A stretch of DNA of 64,000 nt. It comes from Vermamoeba vermiformis (Eukaryota). Location: contig JBEWZL010000278.1 in NCBI GenBank assembly GCA_045837725.1, positions 434,001-498,000 on the forward strand, written 5' to 3'. Shown piece after piece: positions 12,747 through 25,990 of this stretch (positions are counted from its first letter, which is position 1; each line of letters begins with the position of its first letter). The position numbers and the translations under genes were made by a program. The notes beneath the pieces are model-generated. The model had not been told where the DNA came from, made no database searches, and saw only the letters and a program-made list of their open reading frames with translations.

Positions 12747-14957
12747 ATGGCACGAACAAATGTATATTTATATGGCTTATTATTGTTGCTGTGTTGTCTT
12801 TTTATCGACGGCAAGATCTTGGTGCAACAACGAAATGGAACACAGTTCGAACTGCCAGCGGTAGAAATCATATTTATAAGTAAGTTTTCGCCACGTAATA
12901 TTAAATCATATCATATTCATATAATGCCTTTTAATTTGTCGCGTAATCAAATGTTAATTAAGAAAGTAGAATCGATTACAATTATTTCTGCCGTTATCGG
13001 CATTATTATTCCTATTTTCAAAATAGCGATGCTATTTTATGTCATTTACTTTGTCATATCAAATGCACCCAGAAATAAATAGCAGATCTGCTATTGACAA
13101 TTTTCAATCGTTAAAATGAAGCTTTACGATCCAATCGAAAGATTTATCGTCATTTTTCTGGTAATTGTTAAGAGCATATTAATAATCATTCAATAGAGAG
13201 TTCAAATCAACGAATAACGGATCCAGTCGTTTTACCGCCAACTCTCAGTCAAGATGATGTCGCAGGAAAAATGTATCTTATGACTGATGCTTTTTCGAAC
13301 GACGTTATTATCTCGAATGTGCAATCGAAGGGCGCTTTGGCTGCAGTTGTCGTGTCATACCCGTGGAGTAAGCATCCACAACGCAATCTCTTTCAATCGC
13401 AATTTTTATTCTTAAATTTCATCGATTAGTATCAAAATATTAATGGTTTATACAGAGGCAGGATTTCTACGATTTAGATGGACTGATCAGCGCGCAGTTA
13501 ATGCGATCCAAATTCCCATTTTTGAGATCACAAGAGCCGAATCGACAATCTTATGGCCGCTCATTGAACAAGATGAAATAGCGAATATAACTTTGCTGCC
13601 AAGTGGTATGGTCTCTAAAACGTGCTTAATTACCTAATTTTACTAATGTGTTTTTCGATAGACGATCCAAATCCGTGGGATCTCGTTTTAACATCGCCAG
13701 GCTATCACGTTTATATGGGCACGTAAATATGTTATGATTTTATTCTTAAATGCCGTTCTAACGCACTGCCTCTCAGCTTTTTTGATGATGTTTGAGGCCA
13801 CGAACATTGCGCTGGCTATTTGGAAAGTCAAACTATTCATCGACTTCTACGGCGGATTCAAAGTGTCATTTGCAATGGCTGTTCTGTCCTTGGAAATATT
13901 GTCCAATTTAAGTAAGTCATCTTTGTGACATTTTCATGAACGATCGAACTCGAGATATTTTATTGCTGCCGAACAAAGCAAAGTTAATTCATGACACGTG
14001 TCAACATATTTTTCACGTGTCAAAGTGTCAACTTAGTCTCACGTTTTATTTGCAAATAGTTCAAATGTTCGGCAATCTTGACATCTTCGGTGCAAATGGG
14101 ATTTATAATGAAACAGCGTCATGGGTCCTGTACCACTTATCATTCCCATTCACGCTATCGGCCATCATGCTATTCTCACTCTACTGGCACGAAATCATGA
14201 CATCGAGTTCTGTCGTCGTGTACCCGTTCATTGTCAAGATGAGAATTCCGTTCTTTGTCATTGCTGGCGTGCTAGCGCTGATTGAATTGGCTCTCATTCT
14301 CGTTGGTATTTATAGCGTCGGAGATTATACCAATTTTGCGAGTAAGTCTCGGATATTTCATTCGGAGAATTTATTGGGTCGGATCCGACAGCAAAAATTT
14401 GTTAAAATACTAACAATAGAATTCTTTCTATTTAGTGTACGGATATTTGCCTATCGCCGCCATTCTCGTGGTATTTTATCTCGTCACTGGCTATAAACTG
14501 CTACAACGATTAAAAATGAGCAAAAAGAAAGGCAGCAAAGTTGCCAATTTGAAACAAGTAAGCGCGGTACCTTTTTTATAATTAATACTAATAATATTAT
14601 TACTAGGCTACAATCAGAATCATGATTTCAGTTGGCTTTTTGTTAGCCATGCTCATGGTCGGCGCACTGTTCTTAACTCCGTTTGGTTACGATCCGTGGC
14701 GTAAGAAATCCTTATACTTCAAAAATTACTATAGTACCTCTGTCTAATATTTATTTATTTTTTCTCAAGCGTACGTGTTGATCTGGTGTTCGTTGTACTT
14801 GGCAATTGACTGCAAATCGCTCATGAACATCATTGCTTTTGGTGCACCATCTAATGCCAAAACATCGCACTCTGGTTCATCAGGAGGACATATGACTAAT
14901 ATCAAGCCTGGTACGAGTACCGTCAGCGTCACATCCGACAAATCCGAAACCGTGTAA
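12747..14957 (+). CDS. Signal peptide + PA-like ectodomain + 7TM receptor-like protein (paralogue 1)
   Basis: Hydrophobic leader, VQSKGALAAVVV...IQIPIFEIT (PA-domain-like), seven hydrophobic segments after splicing, Ser/Thr-rich tail ending KSETV. Confidence 0.7.
13992..14003. promoter_or_regulatory. Intronic palindrome TGACACGTGTCA (copy 4)
   Basis: Inside an intron of 7TM paralogue 1, with partial copies nearby. Confidence 0.5.
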
Positions 14958-15326
14958 ATTAAAAATGAATGCTTTGATGGCCAATATATAAATATAAGGT
15001 AATCGTTTTATACTACAAACATAGAATTATGTAAGTAAGTCACTGACGAACGATTTTTAGTTTGAATGAACTTCTTGAGGCATTTCTATTTTAGGAAATG
15101 TAACGAACTTTACTACGATTTTTTGCCAGTTATAACTAAGATGGTTTTACTAACGAGCACAATAAAAATCTACATTAGCGCATTGCTACTAGCGCTGATG
15201 GCGATCAGCTCGGTTCATCGATAGTCGAATGCACATAAAGAATCACATCTGACTCCATGACGCCTCCGATGTGTGATTGGGTTTTAAATGCCCCAAACCG
15301 CAACCATTAGGATGCAACAAGTCAAT

Positions 15327-17426
15327 ATGATAAGACATGTTGTATTTAGCTTATTATTAGTATGTTGTCGTTTGAGCGAGAGCAAGATCTTGGTGCAACA
15401 ACGAAATGGCACGCAGTTTGAATTGCCAGCTGTAGAAATCATTTTTATAAGTACGTACTATTTTAAATTAATGTTACGATTAATTTATTGATTATTTCTA
15501 CTGCTAAGCGAGTTCAAACCAACAACGCATAACGGATCCTGTAGTCTTGATACCGACAACTAATGAAGACGATGTTACTGGAAAAATATATATCCATAAC
15601 GATGGCTTTTCAAATGATGTAATTATATCGAATATGCAAGCAAAGGGCGCTTTAGCCGTCATTGTAATTTCGTACCCTTGGAGTAAGTCCCACAAAATAC
15701 ACAAAGGCTTTCGTTTGAACGATAAAGTTAATAATATTACGATATTATTTAGGCGCGGGATTTCTACGATTTAGATGGACGCATAGAGAAGCCGTTCGCT
15801 CCATCCAGATTCCGGTTTTCGAAATATTATATATACATGGGTACGTAACATATTATTACTATTTGGCCCTAAACTCGATTCTAACTCACCGGATTCAGCG
15901 TTTTTGATGACATTTGAGGTTACGAACATTGCGCTGGCTATTTGGAAAATTAAATGCTTCGTCGATTTTTACGGCGGCTTCAGAATGTCGTTTGCAATGG
16001 CCGTTCTATGCTTGGAAATAATGGCCAATCTTAGTAAGTCAACTAGTTGGTTGTGACACGTGTCACCCAGAGAAATTTAAGATTCTTCGTTTTATAGTAA
16101 ATTAAATTTAAAATATACTTTATATTACCATTTACCGTATAAATTTAACACTAATTTTATTTTAATTAGTTCAAATATTCAGTAATCTCGATATCTTTGG
16201 CGCGCACGGGATCTACAATGAAACAGCGTCATGGGTCCTGTACCACTTATCATTCCCATTCACCCTCGCAGCCATCATGCTATTCTCATTATACTGGCAC
16301 GAAATCATGACGTCGAGTTCGATCGTGGTACATCCGTTCATCGTGAAGATGAGAATTCCGTTCCTTATAGTCTGTGGCATACTCGTCCTTATGGAACTGA
16401 CTCTCATTCTCGTTGGGATTTACAGCGTTGGCGCATTCACGACATTAGCGAGTAAGTCTCGGATATTTCATTCGAAGAAAAAATTGGATCCAGCCCGAAC
16501 TCGACCTCTGAAATTTTGTACCAACAAAATTTTCATGAACGGCTTATAGTACATTCTTTATAGGGTGTCGGGACCTTGTGATTATTGCAAAATTTTACCA
16601 AATAAGGATATTTACAATGGCATTGCCTAATCAGGAAATCGATACTTTTCACGAGTTAATCCACAACGCGATAAATAGTTAAATGCTCGTACTAATGTAG
16701 TTTTTATTTGCAGCGTACATCTATTTGCCAGTGACAGCCTCACTCGTGGTGTTTTACCTGCTGACTGGCTACAAACTGCTATTGCGACTGAAGAGTAGCA
16801 AGAAGAAAGGCAGAAAAGTGGATAATTTGCGACAAGTAGGTGCCTGCTTGCGTAGTTTAGCTAGTGAAGCTTCATTTTACAATCTCTCCGATGACATACT
16901 ATTGATACCTTAAATATGTGGATATTTTATTAGGGACGGTGAGAGATCTCACAAGACTGACCACATCGGCGTGCTAGTTTTTCATTTTTTAACATAAAAT
17001 GTTTAGGCCACAGTGCGCATCATGATCAGCATGTGCTTCTTATTTGCAATGCTCGTCATTGGCGCAGTATTCACCACTACTTGCTACACTACGTTACGTA
17101 AGTATAAATCAATTTCACTGAAACAAACTGCAAATGAAATTGTTGCAAAGATAGATGAGCCTGTCGGTCCTTATTATCTGTAAGAACTCTTAATTAATTT
17201 TGATTTTTCAGCGTACGTGTTGCTATGGTGCTCGTTGTATTTAGCGATTGATTGTTCTTCGTTAATGAATATTCTTGCATTCGGAGTGCCGTCTCAAAAC
17301 AAAACATCGCACTCTGGTGGCTCGTCTATGGGCAGAAAACAATCCAAGACGAACATTGGCCATGGAAGCAGCGGCGGATCTGTTCAGATCGGCACTAGTG
17401 ATTCAGGCAAAACTGAGTCTGTCTAA
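15327..17426 (+). pseudogene. PA-like/7TM paralogue 2 with a frameshifting internal deletion
   Basis: Strong exon-by-exon similarity to 12747..14957. At about 15824 the sequence jumps from IPVFE to YYIYM, lacking about 175 bp of paralogue 1 (13528-13702). The junction is out of frame and gives a stop in the next exon. Confidence 0.6.
16054..16065. promoter_or_regulatory. Intronic palindrome TGACACGTGTCA (copy 5)
   Basis: In the homologous intron of 7TM paralogue 2, whose other intron sequence has diverged. Confidence 0.5.
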
Positions 17427-17634
17427 TCCATCGCGAACATTACACTATTGTACAATAAATAATACTGTATATAAATTAGAAAATATGTCGGCGTATTTGA
17501 GCTGATCTTGTAAAAGTATTAAAATTTTTGTATCGGATGTGCACGTGTGTAACCTTACAACATACTGCAAGTGATTCTAAAACTATTTTTTTAAGCTAAT
17601 TACACTATAACGAGCCGTATTATTGACTGATTAA

Positions 17635-20207
17635 TTAAGGCAAGTTGTTGGTAACGTATTTTTTCATTCTCAGGAAATTTGGAGTACCGAAGCCAGTCTG
17701 GACGTAGAAATAAATAATTAATAAGCAATAATAATTATATTATATAATGATGATGGTATTGAAAGCGCTCATAACATTTGAGTCCAAACTGGTAGATCAG
17801 ATTTGCTTTTTTTTTGTTACTTACCACAGCATCCCAACCTTTAATAGCACCATAGCCATATTGACAGCAATTATTTATAGAGCATCTATTGTCGCCTGAA
17901 GTCACGTCTATAAAATTGCAAAGTTAAAATTTGTAGCGGATGTGGCGCCGTTACAAAACTTACCATTAAAGGTTGTAGGATCATCCGAATACATCTTATA
18001 TAGCACTGGATTTAAGAAACCAAGTTGACTCTTGCCTGCTTGGAATCTAGCATCGTTCAACAACGCAATCAAAGCTGCAGCTAGCGGAGTGGATGCGGAT
18101 GTACCAGCACCGAGATCAATTCGTTGCCCTCTGATGATTAAGATACGATCACCTACTGCTGAAAACTCAGGGTATGCTCTATTCTTCATATTAAAGAACT
18201 GAGCAGGCGGCACAAAGACATTAGGCGTGTTCAAATATTTGTTGACGGTGTTGATCTGATGAAAATAATTTAATTAAATAAGAATTCTTAAATAAGAATT
18301 TCTACGAAAAATATTACTAAACAGCACCTACTTGATATGCGGGCATCGGAGTCAAGTCCGAAAATCCTCCGCCAGTAGTCCAATTGAAATAGCTGAACAA
18401 ATTGTTCGTTAGAACTCTTTTCACTGAACGAAATTTTCACTGAAAACACGTGGCTTATACTTACGTATTATTAACACTGCACGGCAGTTCATAGACAGGA
18501 CCGCTCATGCACGGGAATCCATGTTGACAGATCGGCAGAGAGTCATTGCCGTTATTCTGCTCGGTGGCATCAAATTTCCTATCTTGGAAATTATTCGAAA
18601 CAGGCATGAACGTCGTGCCACTAATCGCAGTGACCCACGGTGATGACGCGGGGAAGATGGATGTGACTGGATGGTTCGGATCCGCACAGCCCTCGTTGAG
18701 TACTCCTGGTGCTCCTTCGTCTTGCGTGCACGCTAATATACTCACGCCTATTAAAGGTTTGTAATGCTAATTAGTACGAATTATCGGAACCAAAATTAAT
18801 ATCGAAACTATTTTGAGCTTTACAAATATTTTCTGGTAATTTTGTGCTTATTTTCGGTTAATTTTACTCACGTCTGAGCGCTACTTTCAATAGCTCCACG
18901 TTAGTTCTATTAATGTACTGAGCGACATCCATTCCTTGGCAGTTAGCACTAGACAAGCCCTGTTAATACTAATACGACTATATACTAGCTTATTATACGC
19001 ACCCAGTAGCACTGTCGCAAGTATCGAGCTCAGGCCAGCCGAATGAAATTGACGCGACTTGAGGCGGTTGATCCATCGCAAACATTTCAATAGCCATTTC
19101 GTAGATCCAGTTTTGAGGCACAGTGTAGTACCACATAGGCACTGCAATATAGTTAGTATCATTGATATAATGTCGTTTATGTGAGTATTTACGTGCCTTT
19201 AGTGCCGAGACCGAACATCATTTCCACATCCAGCGTATTTTCATAGGCACCAAATGACGGCGAATAAGGTCCAAATATGCGTGTATAATTCGAGCAAACC
19301 TCGTGCGACTCTTGGCAGAACTGAAATATGTCTACGGGATTGGGATAGCCCATTGGCGCCATCTCGACAACGGTCATGATGGTCTTTGGACTAACTGCAG
19401 CTGTGTCCTGTGGGACATTATAGACCTTTCTAATATCCTTCGTTGATGGGAACGGGTAGCTAAGGTCATTACTATATTTGGTATTAGTATTGGTATAATA
19501 GGACTTGAGACTCATACGCCTTATCAGGGAAGGGAGCGGATCCAAAAAGTGACTTGGTATTTTTCTTAACATATGGAAAAGCTGTTAGACCAGTGACCAT
19601 ATATATTTTATCGCTAATGTCTTCGGGTATAGTCATTCCATCTCGTTGACGAAGCACGCTAAGTCCGCGGTGGTGGATGTGTTCAAATTTGTAGAGTTTT
19701 GTCTGGAACATTGATTCGATTTTACTAGCGCTAGCTGTTATTTTTAAAGCATCTCCATATGAATGCACGTGGGCGCCTAATATTAATGTTAGCTCTTACG
19801 CGCATCTGATATTTTTTGTTACCTCGTGATTCGAACCAGTTTTTAACTGCATCATGATCTTCTTTTGGAGGCGAAATAATTTTCATAATTTCTTCGCGAG
19901 TCATTTCCTCACCTTCAACGATTATGAGTCATTTTAGTAATTTTCAAGCCGAAATAAAAATAATTTACCATAATATTTGCTTGTCGGGTCACTTATTTCA
20001 TAAATTCGTTTCTAAATGAGCATTAGGACAGCGAATATTTATTCAGTCTACCTCTAGTATATCGACGTTGCGTTGATGCAGTGCAACGTGAAAACTAATC
20101 GTCTCATCCGCTCTGGATCTTTCAACTACGCTCCAGTCCTTTGGATCACGTGAACATAGTACGGAAGCAACAAATATTAGAAAAATGAACGCTATAATAT
20201 CTTTCAT
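17635..20207 (-). CDS. Secreted S53 (sedolisin/tripeptidyl-peptidase I-like) serine-carboxyl peptidase
   Basis: Signal peptide MKDIIAFIFLIFVASVLC, prodomain ALHQRNVD, ENTLDVE (catalytic E/D), FPASSPWVTAISGT, GGGFS, GTSASTP (catalytic Ser), GFLNPVLY, GWDAVTGFGTPNF. Confidence 0.93.
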
Positions 20208-20501
20208 TGCGCTGATGTGGTTAAAGTGCTGATAATGCGGGGTTACGGAGCGTAAATAAAATCGCGGCGATTTATCAAAAAAGGAAATGATACTCGTCAA
20301 AAGTTCTTTACCAAATTAAGGAAGTTGGGGATTATTAATTATTATCGACGTCTTATGATTCTGAGGAATCCGTGCGACGGCTAGCTATGAGAACTATCGC
20401 CGTCGATGATTATTTACTTTATTATTTAGGCAGTTCCTTTTTCGGAACTGATTAAAACTACATCAAATCTTTAATATATGTATACAATTAAACTAGAATT
20501 A

Positions 20502-22466
20502 TTAAACGCTCTCCGTTTTACCGGATTCGGTAGTAGCAGCTTTTGCAGATCCGGTGCTGCCAGAACTCGTACCAGGATTAGTCTTCGATCGCCCTTTTTC
20601 ACCCGACGATCTCGTTGTTGAATTCGCATTTGCAGGTACACCAAACGCAATGATATTCATTAACGTAGCACCGTCAATTGCCAAATACAAAGCGTACCAC
20701 AACAGGACGTACGCTGAAAAAAAAAATCCATGTTAGTAATTGAAATTTGACCAATATGATGAGTAGTGCAGTATTATTGTTTAGTTTAGAACTCTTACGC
20801 GTAGCATCATAAGCAAATGGAGCGACGAAAAAGCAACCGATAAAAATCAGCGAGAACAAGAAGCCAATACTGATCAAAGTACGCACGGTAGTCTGCATTA
20901 AAATCGTAAATTAGTCTTTGGGGATTCTCTTATTTCCCTATTTGACGGACCTGTCTCAGGTTGTTGATTTTTCTGCCTTTCTTTCGACTGCTTTGCAAAC
21001 GTCGCAAAATCTTGATGCCAGTCACGAGGTAAAACACCACGAGAATGACAGCTACAATCAAATAGACATAGGCTGCAGAAATGAATACGTATTAGTACTG
21101 AAATTCGATTTATTCGTGCAAGAATAATCAATCAAAAATCGATGATATTTTATAGTACTTACTGCCAACCATAGAGAAATCTCCAACGCTCAAAGTACCG
21201 ACCAGAATGAGCGCTACTTGATTCAACAGAAGTAGACCTGAAATAACAAAGAACGGAATTCTCATCTTCACAATGAACGGATGCACGATGATAGAGCTCG
21301 ATGTCATGATTTCATGCCAGTATAATGAGAATAGCATGATGGCTGATAGCGTGAATGGGAATGAACAGTGGTACAGGACCCATGACGCTGTTTGATCATA
21401 AATGTCGTTCGCGCCGAATAAGTCTATTACAGCGAAAAGACGAACTAAAATGTTGAATTAATTTACAAATAAATGATAATATACGTATTTACTCGCAAAA
21501 ATATTGAATTTAATGCATAAAAATGTATCACATTACGGAATGTGTCAAAAAATCGTGCACTTACTTAGGTTGGAAATCATCTCCAAGAAAAGAACGGCCA
21601 TTGCAAACGATACTTTGAAGCCGCCGTAGAAACCAACGAATAGTTTGATCTTCCAAATAGCCAGCCCAATGTTCGCCGCCGAGAACGCCATCAGAAACGC
21701 TACATCCGCGAGTTAGCTCGATGGAAGGAAGTAAATGTGTATTGAAAACAACATACCTGTATAAACATAATAACCAGGCGAAGTTAAAATGACATCCCAA
21801 GGGTTTGGATCGTCTGACAAAAAAAGATCGATAAGAATCCGAAAGTACGGCGATTTTCGATTTCATACCGCACGGTATAAGTGTTATATTAGCAACTAGA
21901 TTTTGTTCCAGTAGCGGCCATAATATACCCGATTCTTTTTTCGTAATCTCAAAAATAGGTATTCGGATGGACCGGACGGCATCTCGGTTCGTCCATCTGA
22001 ATCGGAGAAAGCCTGCACCTAAGTATAATATTATTATTTTTGTTCAATCGAATCGATTCGATTATATTCCACCAATTCTGTGGACTTACTCCAAGGAGTG
22101 GAAACTTCGATGGCTGCTAGCGCACCCTTTGATTGCACAGTCGAGATAATAACGTCATTTGAGAAACCGTCCATAAATAAGTACATTTTTCCAGCGACGT
22201 CGTCTTGGTTGAGTGTCGGGGTCAAAACGACCGGATCCGTTATTTTTTGATTCGAGCTCTCTGTTGCGAGGTAATTAATATAAGTTGAATATAAAATTAT
22301 GAATAATATCGTTGTTCTTACGTAAAAAAATGATCTCGACGGCCGGCAATTCAAACTGCGTTCCATTTAATTGTTGCACTAAGATCTTGCCGTCGATAGC
22401 ACGACAACATAACAATATTGCAAAACACCACCAAATGTATCTTAACATGTTGCTCCTATTCATCAA
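20502..22466 (-). CDS. PA-like/7TM paralogue 3 (inverted relative to paralogues 1 and 2)
   Basis: KILVQQLNGTQFELPAVEIIF and MLFSLYWHEIMTSSSIIVHPFIVKMRIPF are nearly identical to paralogues 1 and 2. Ends KTESV. Confidence 0.7.
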
Positions 22467-22743
22467 TTGTTAGCAATTGTAGAAATTCGATTCGCGGTCA
22501 CAAGGTACCTTTTGTGAACCCGAAGTTTTGAGTTTTCCCATTGGGAGGACCTGGTGTGATTCCTTATGACTTTCATTTACGCATACTGTTCTGCTGGTTA
22601 TTGTTGTTAGCAAGCTATCCTAAGCGGACACAAACCCGATTGACGGACAGCAAATGAAACGTAATAAGATCTGCTACCCAGCAACGGAAGCATCATGCGT
22701 GTTTAAATCGAATAAAATATGTTAAGGTATAATGTTCGTACCT

Positions 22744-23351
22744 TTATTTGCCTATAAAGCATTGAGCATTAAAATACTTGTCGCATTTGATTGATCGGAA
22801 CGGATTTGTTCTCGCTAGCACCAGAGCAATCGAGAGACTCGTATTGTTGATAATTAGCATAACCATGTTGCGAGATATATGAAGCGCGATAAGAGTCCTG
22901 GTTGACCAAGGACCGGATGCACGTGTTGATCGGCAAGGAAACAGTGTAGGTAATTTCTTTTTTGCATTTTTCATCCAAAAATTCGTTAAAAAATACGTAA
23001 TTTTTTGTACCAAGCAATTTTGAATAATCAGGTGCTCCAGTAAAGCACTGTGTATAAATTCTACCTCTGACTAGTCAGATCGCACTGATTTATCCATTTT
23101 GTCTCGATATGCTTACAATTAACGCACCCAGAGTCTTTGCATCGATAAAATGAATATTTGGAATTTTTGTAGTCGCATTGGTTGAGGTTAGTAGTTGTAG
23201 GTCTCATCCTCCGGCACACAGTTGCCATTCGTCGTAACTCCATAATTTTCCAATTGACCTTGTGCATTACATGACTGTTGATAAAGCCAATCAGCTGTTA
23301 CTAAGCACGATGCGCCAAAAAAATAATGGCCGCAATTAAAAAACTCTTCAT
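22744..23351 (-). pseudogene. Small secreted Cys-rich protein with several frameshifts
   Basis: Signal-peptide-like MKSFLIAAIIF... start. A continuous Cys-rich protein (CNAQG...CVPED...CDYKN...CKDSGCVNC...QCF; LDEKC...NTC...LDCSG...CDKYFNAQCF) reads through only with about 4 single-base frame changes and no introns. Confidence 0.55.
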
Positions 23352-23524
23352 TGGTCGCTGCTTATTTTTGAAGTATGAACCAAAGCTTTACTACGCAATT
23401 GTTTAGATCTATAATTAAAATACTTCATTCTAGCACTTTGCAGAAGACGAAGTTCCACAGGGCTCCTGGGTTGCAGTGATCTCAGAGAGAGATGACACTA
23501 AATTGCATACTGTTTTATTATCAC

Positions 23525-25719
23525 TCAAGCTTGTACTGTCCAAGGATACAAGAAAGCCAAGTACTTGTTAGGAATGAATTTACGACCGTCATATATGTCG
23601 AAATATGGACCAAAGGCACTAAGATCTGCGATGTCCGCTAAATTGTAAGAATGGCATTCTTCGAGGTACGACTGCGGGACTAGAAGCAATATCATTAATT
23701 ATGATACGTTGCAAAAGGTATTATATATAATCTTACAATACTCGATCTTATTAGGGTCGTTCAAGCTGATTGTTAGGTAATACGGTTGTCGCGTGTTAGC
23801 ATCAAGATGACCACCATACATTTGTTTCTGTAATTAGATCAGTATTACGCTACTTTGTTGCTGTATCGTGGCCGGGACCTACTGTAATAGGAACGCAAAG
23901 TGGATCGTATCCAATAACTACGTGTGTCAGTTCGTCCTCGATAAAGTACACCAAGTCACCGACTGAAAACTTGTGCGCAATGCTTTTCTTCTTCAAATCA
24001 GGCGCTTCATCGCTTAATTGTCGTAGTTTGACTTTAATCATTGCGATTTCTCGATCAACGTACTCGAGGTTGGTATTGGGCAGATCGTACGCGACTTTGA
24101 AAAATTAGAAAATTATTCAATGAATTCCTGGAAGACTTACGTTTAATATTTTCGAGCATTTCTATGGCTTCGTGGTATAGATTTAACGAAGAGTACGCTA
24201 TAGTAGCTAAGATAAATTTATCTCGCCATCCAGCAGTTCCTCCGATATGAATAAACTGGATCATGTGGCCGTATCGATCCCAGGTGGATACTAATCGTAC
24301 GTTATTAATATGGACCACGTATTTATGCAATTGATTGTATAAATTACCGGAATCTTTTAAGGCTAACAGATTGCGGAACATTCGCAAGTAAACTTCTTTC
24401 GCGTTAACTGGCTCCAAGAAACTATCGTCAACATCTGGTAGCAACTCGCTAAATAAGGATATTAATACCTATAAACCTTTGCAACATATGTCTTACTCGA
24501 GATTTGCCCGATCGTAAATACGCGCGTTATTGAAGCAATCGATGAAATAGGTGCACTGCTTGACGGGGTCGTGCAGCCCAGTCATAAAGTGTTGTGGTAT
24601 GCCAAGCATGTCTATTTTTAGCCCTATGCGTCGACAAAGTGCAGCGAAGACGATGCTCAGTGTAATTGGAATGCCAAGTCGTTTTTCAAGTACAACATCA
24701 ATGTAGCTAGATCGAAGTTGTTACAATAGGCATATGATAAAATAATATTAATAACGTACCTATTCTCATCGAGATAATAATCATGCAAATTGCCCTTGAA
24801 GTTTAACGTCGTTGAAAAGAACTCACAAACGCGTGCCAAAAATGATTTTAGATCTGACGTAACAGATTCAGGTAGAGTGTCGCCTTCACGTGTGTTGATT
24901 CCTAAGTGCTGGCGTAATTGATCGGCAAGAGTATCTAACGTAGCGTAAACAGATCTCTCTTCTAAAAGTGGTTTTTTCCATTGCGAGATCCAAATTGCAC
25001 CGTCTTCGATATTATATTTCTAAAAATAAAATTATTAATACAATGATATTATGCGCATTAATATCTCCACTTACCTCAGGATTCGCGAGGAAATCAGTCC
25101 ACTTTTCCGTCACCGATTGTTGCTTGATCTTCTGCAGAACCATTGAAGCCCAATAACGTCGTGATAAATCAGTATAATAATTAGGTTGACTAACATCGCG
25201 AGGAGAGCTTTCTCTTAAGAGCTTCTCCCATATGTCAAGCCTGCTAGCAAGTTAAAAAAAATTCTTCGAGATTTTGTTACAGATCTACGTACCTGTACGA
25301 TATCAATTTCTTTTCTGTGTCGTGTCTATCCTTGGGGAATATTAATTTATCAATGTTTTTGTCAAATTGAGCGTCCACAGCTTCGCGGTATAAATAAATT
25401 TTCTTCCATCCAGTCTCATTTTTGTCTGGCAATTTATTCCATATTTTCCACGAGGAAAGGCATAATGTACGCCATAGGGCGTCATCACCTATGAAAAATA
25501 TTAATATTAGAAAACTTTCCAAATAATTATTGAAAATTCGGTAACTTAGTGAGACTGACGCCGAAGTAAACTTATATTATTGGGAATATATTTATTATAA
25601 TCATTCAACTTACTTGAAAGCAGCCGCCAGTTCGAGCATACAAGGGCAGCAAGCTTCAGATCACCTGCATCCAAAAATGAGAAGATAGAGACCAATACTT
25701 CTGCTGGCAGTCCTGACAT
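23525..25719 (-). CDS. FBXO21-like protein (F-box + SirB1/transglutaminase-like + YccV-like domain)
   Basis: F-box GLPAEVLVSIFSFLDAGDLKLAALVCSNW, FKGNLHDYYLDEN...RLGIPITLSIVFAALCRRIG, EVYLRMFRNL, KFSVGDLV...VVIGYDP. Confidence 0.85.
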
Positions 25720-25990
25720 TGTGTGGTACAACAATAATAACGAAAAATTAAAAGCAAAACATTGTCAGTCATTTTTGAACGAGAAACTGTCACGTGCTCA
25801 CTGATCGATGCGTGTGCCCGTATATCTCTTACAAATTAGGGTACAACTTCATCTATCATGCACACCTTGTACAATGATGTGTAATAGGTAAATTTGGTTT
25901 TTGTCTCAAGTAGGTCCAGATGTCATAAATCCTTCTGACATCTGGTAGTTAAAAGATTTCTCGCCGATTGTTCTTTATGTATTTGATAAG

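Noticed and set aside
19441-19572. Apparent frameshift in the S53 peptidase
   Set aside because: Resolved by a short GT-AG intron (GC|GTATGAG...ATATAG|T).
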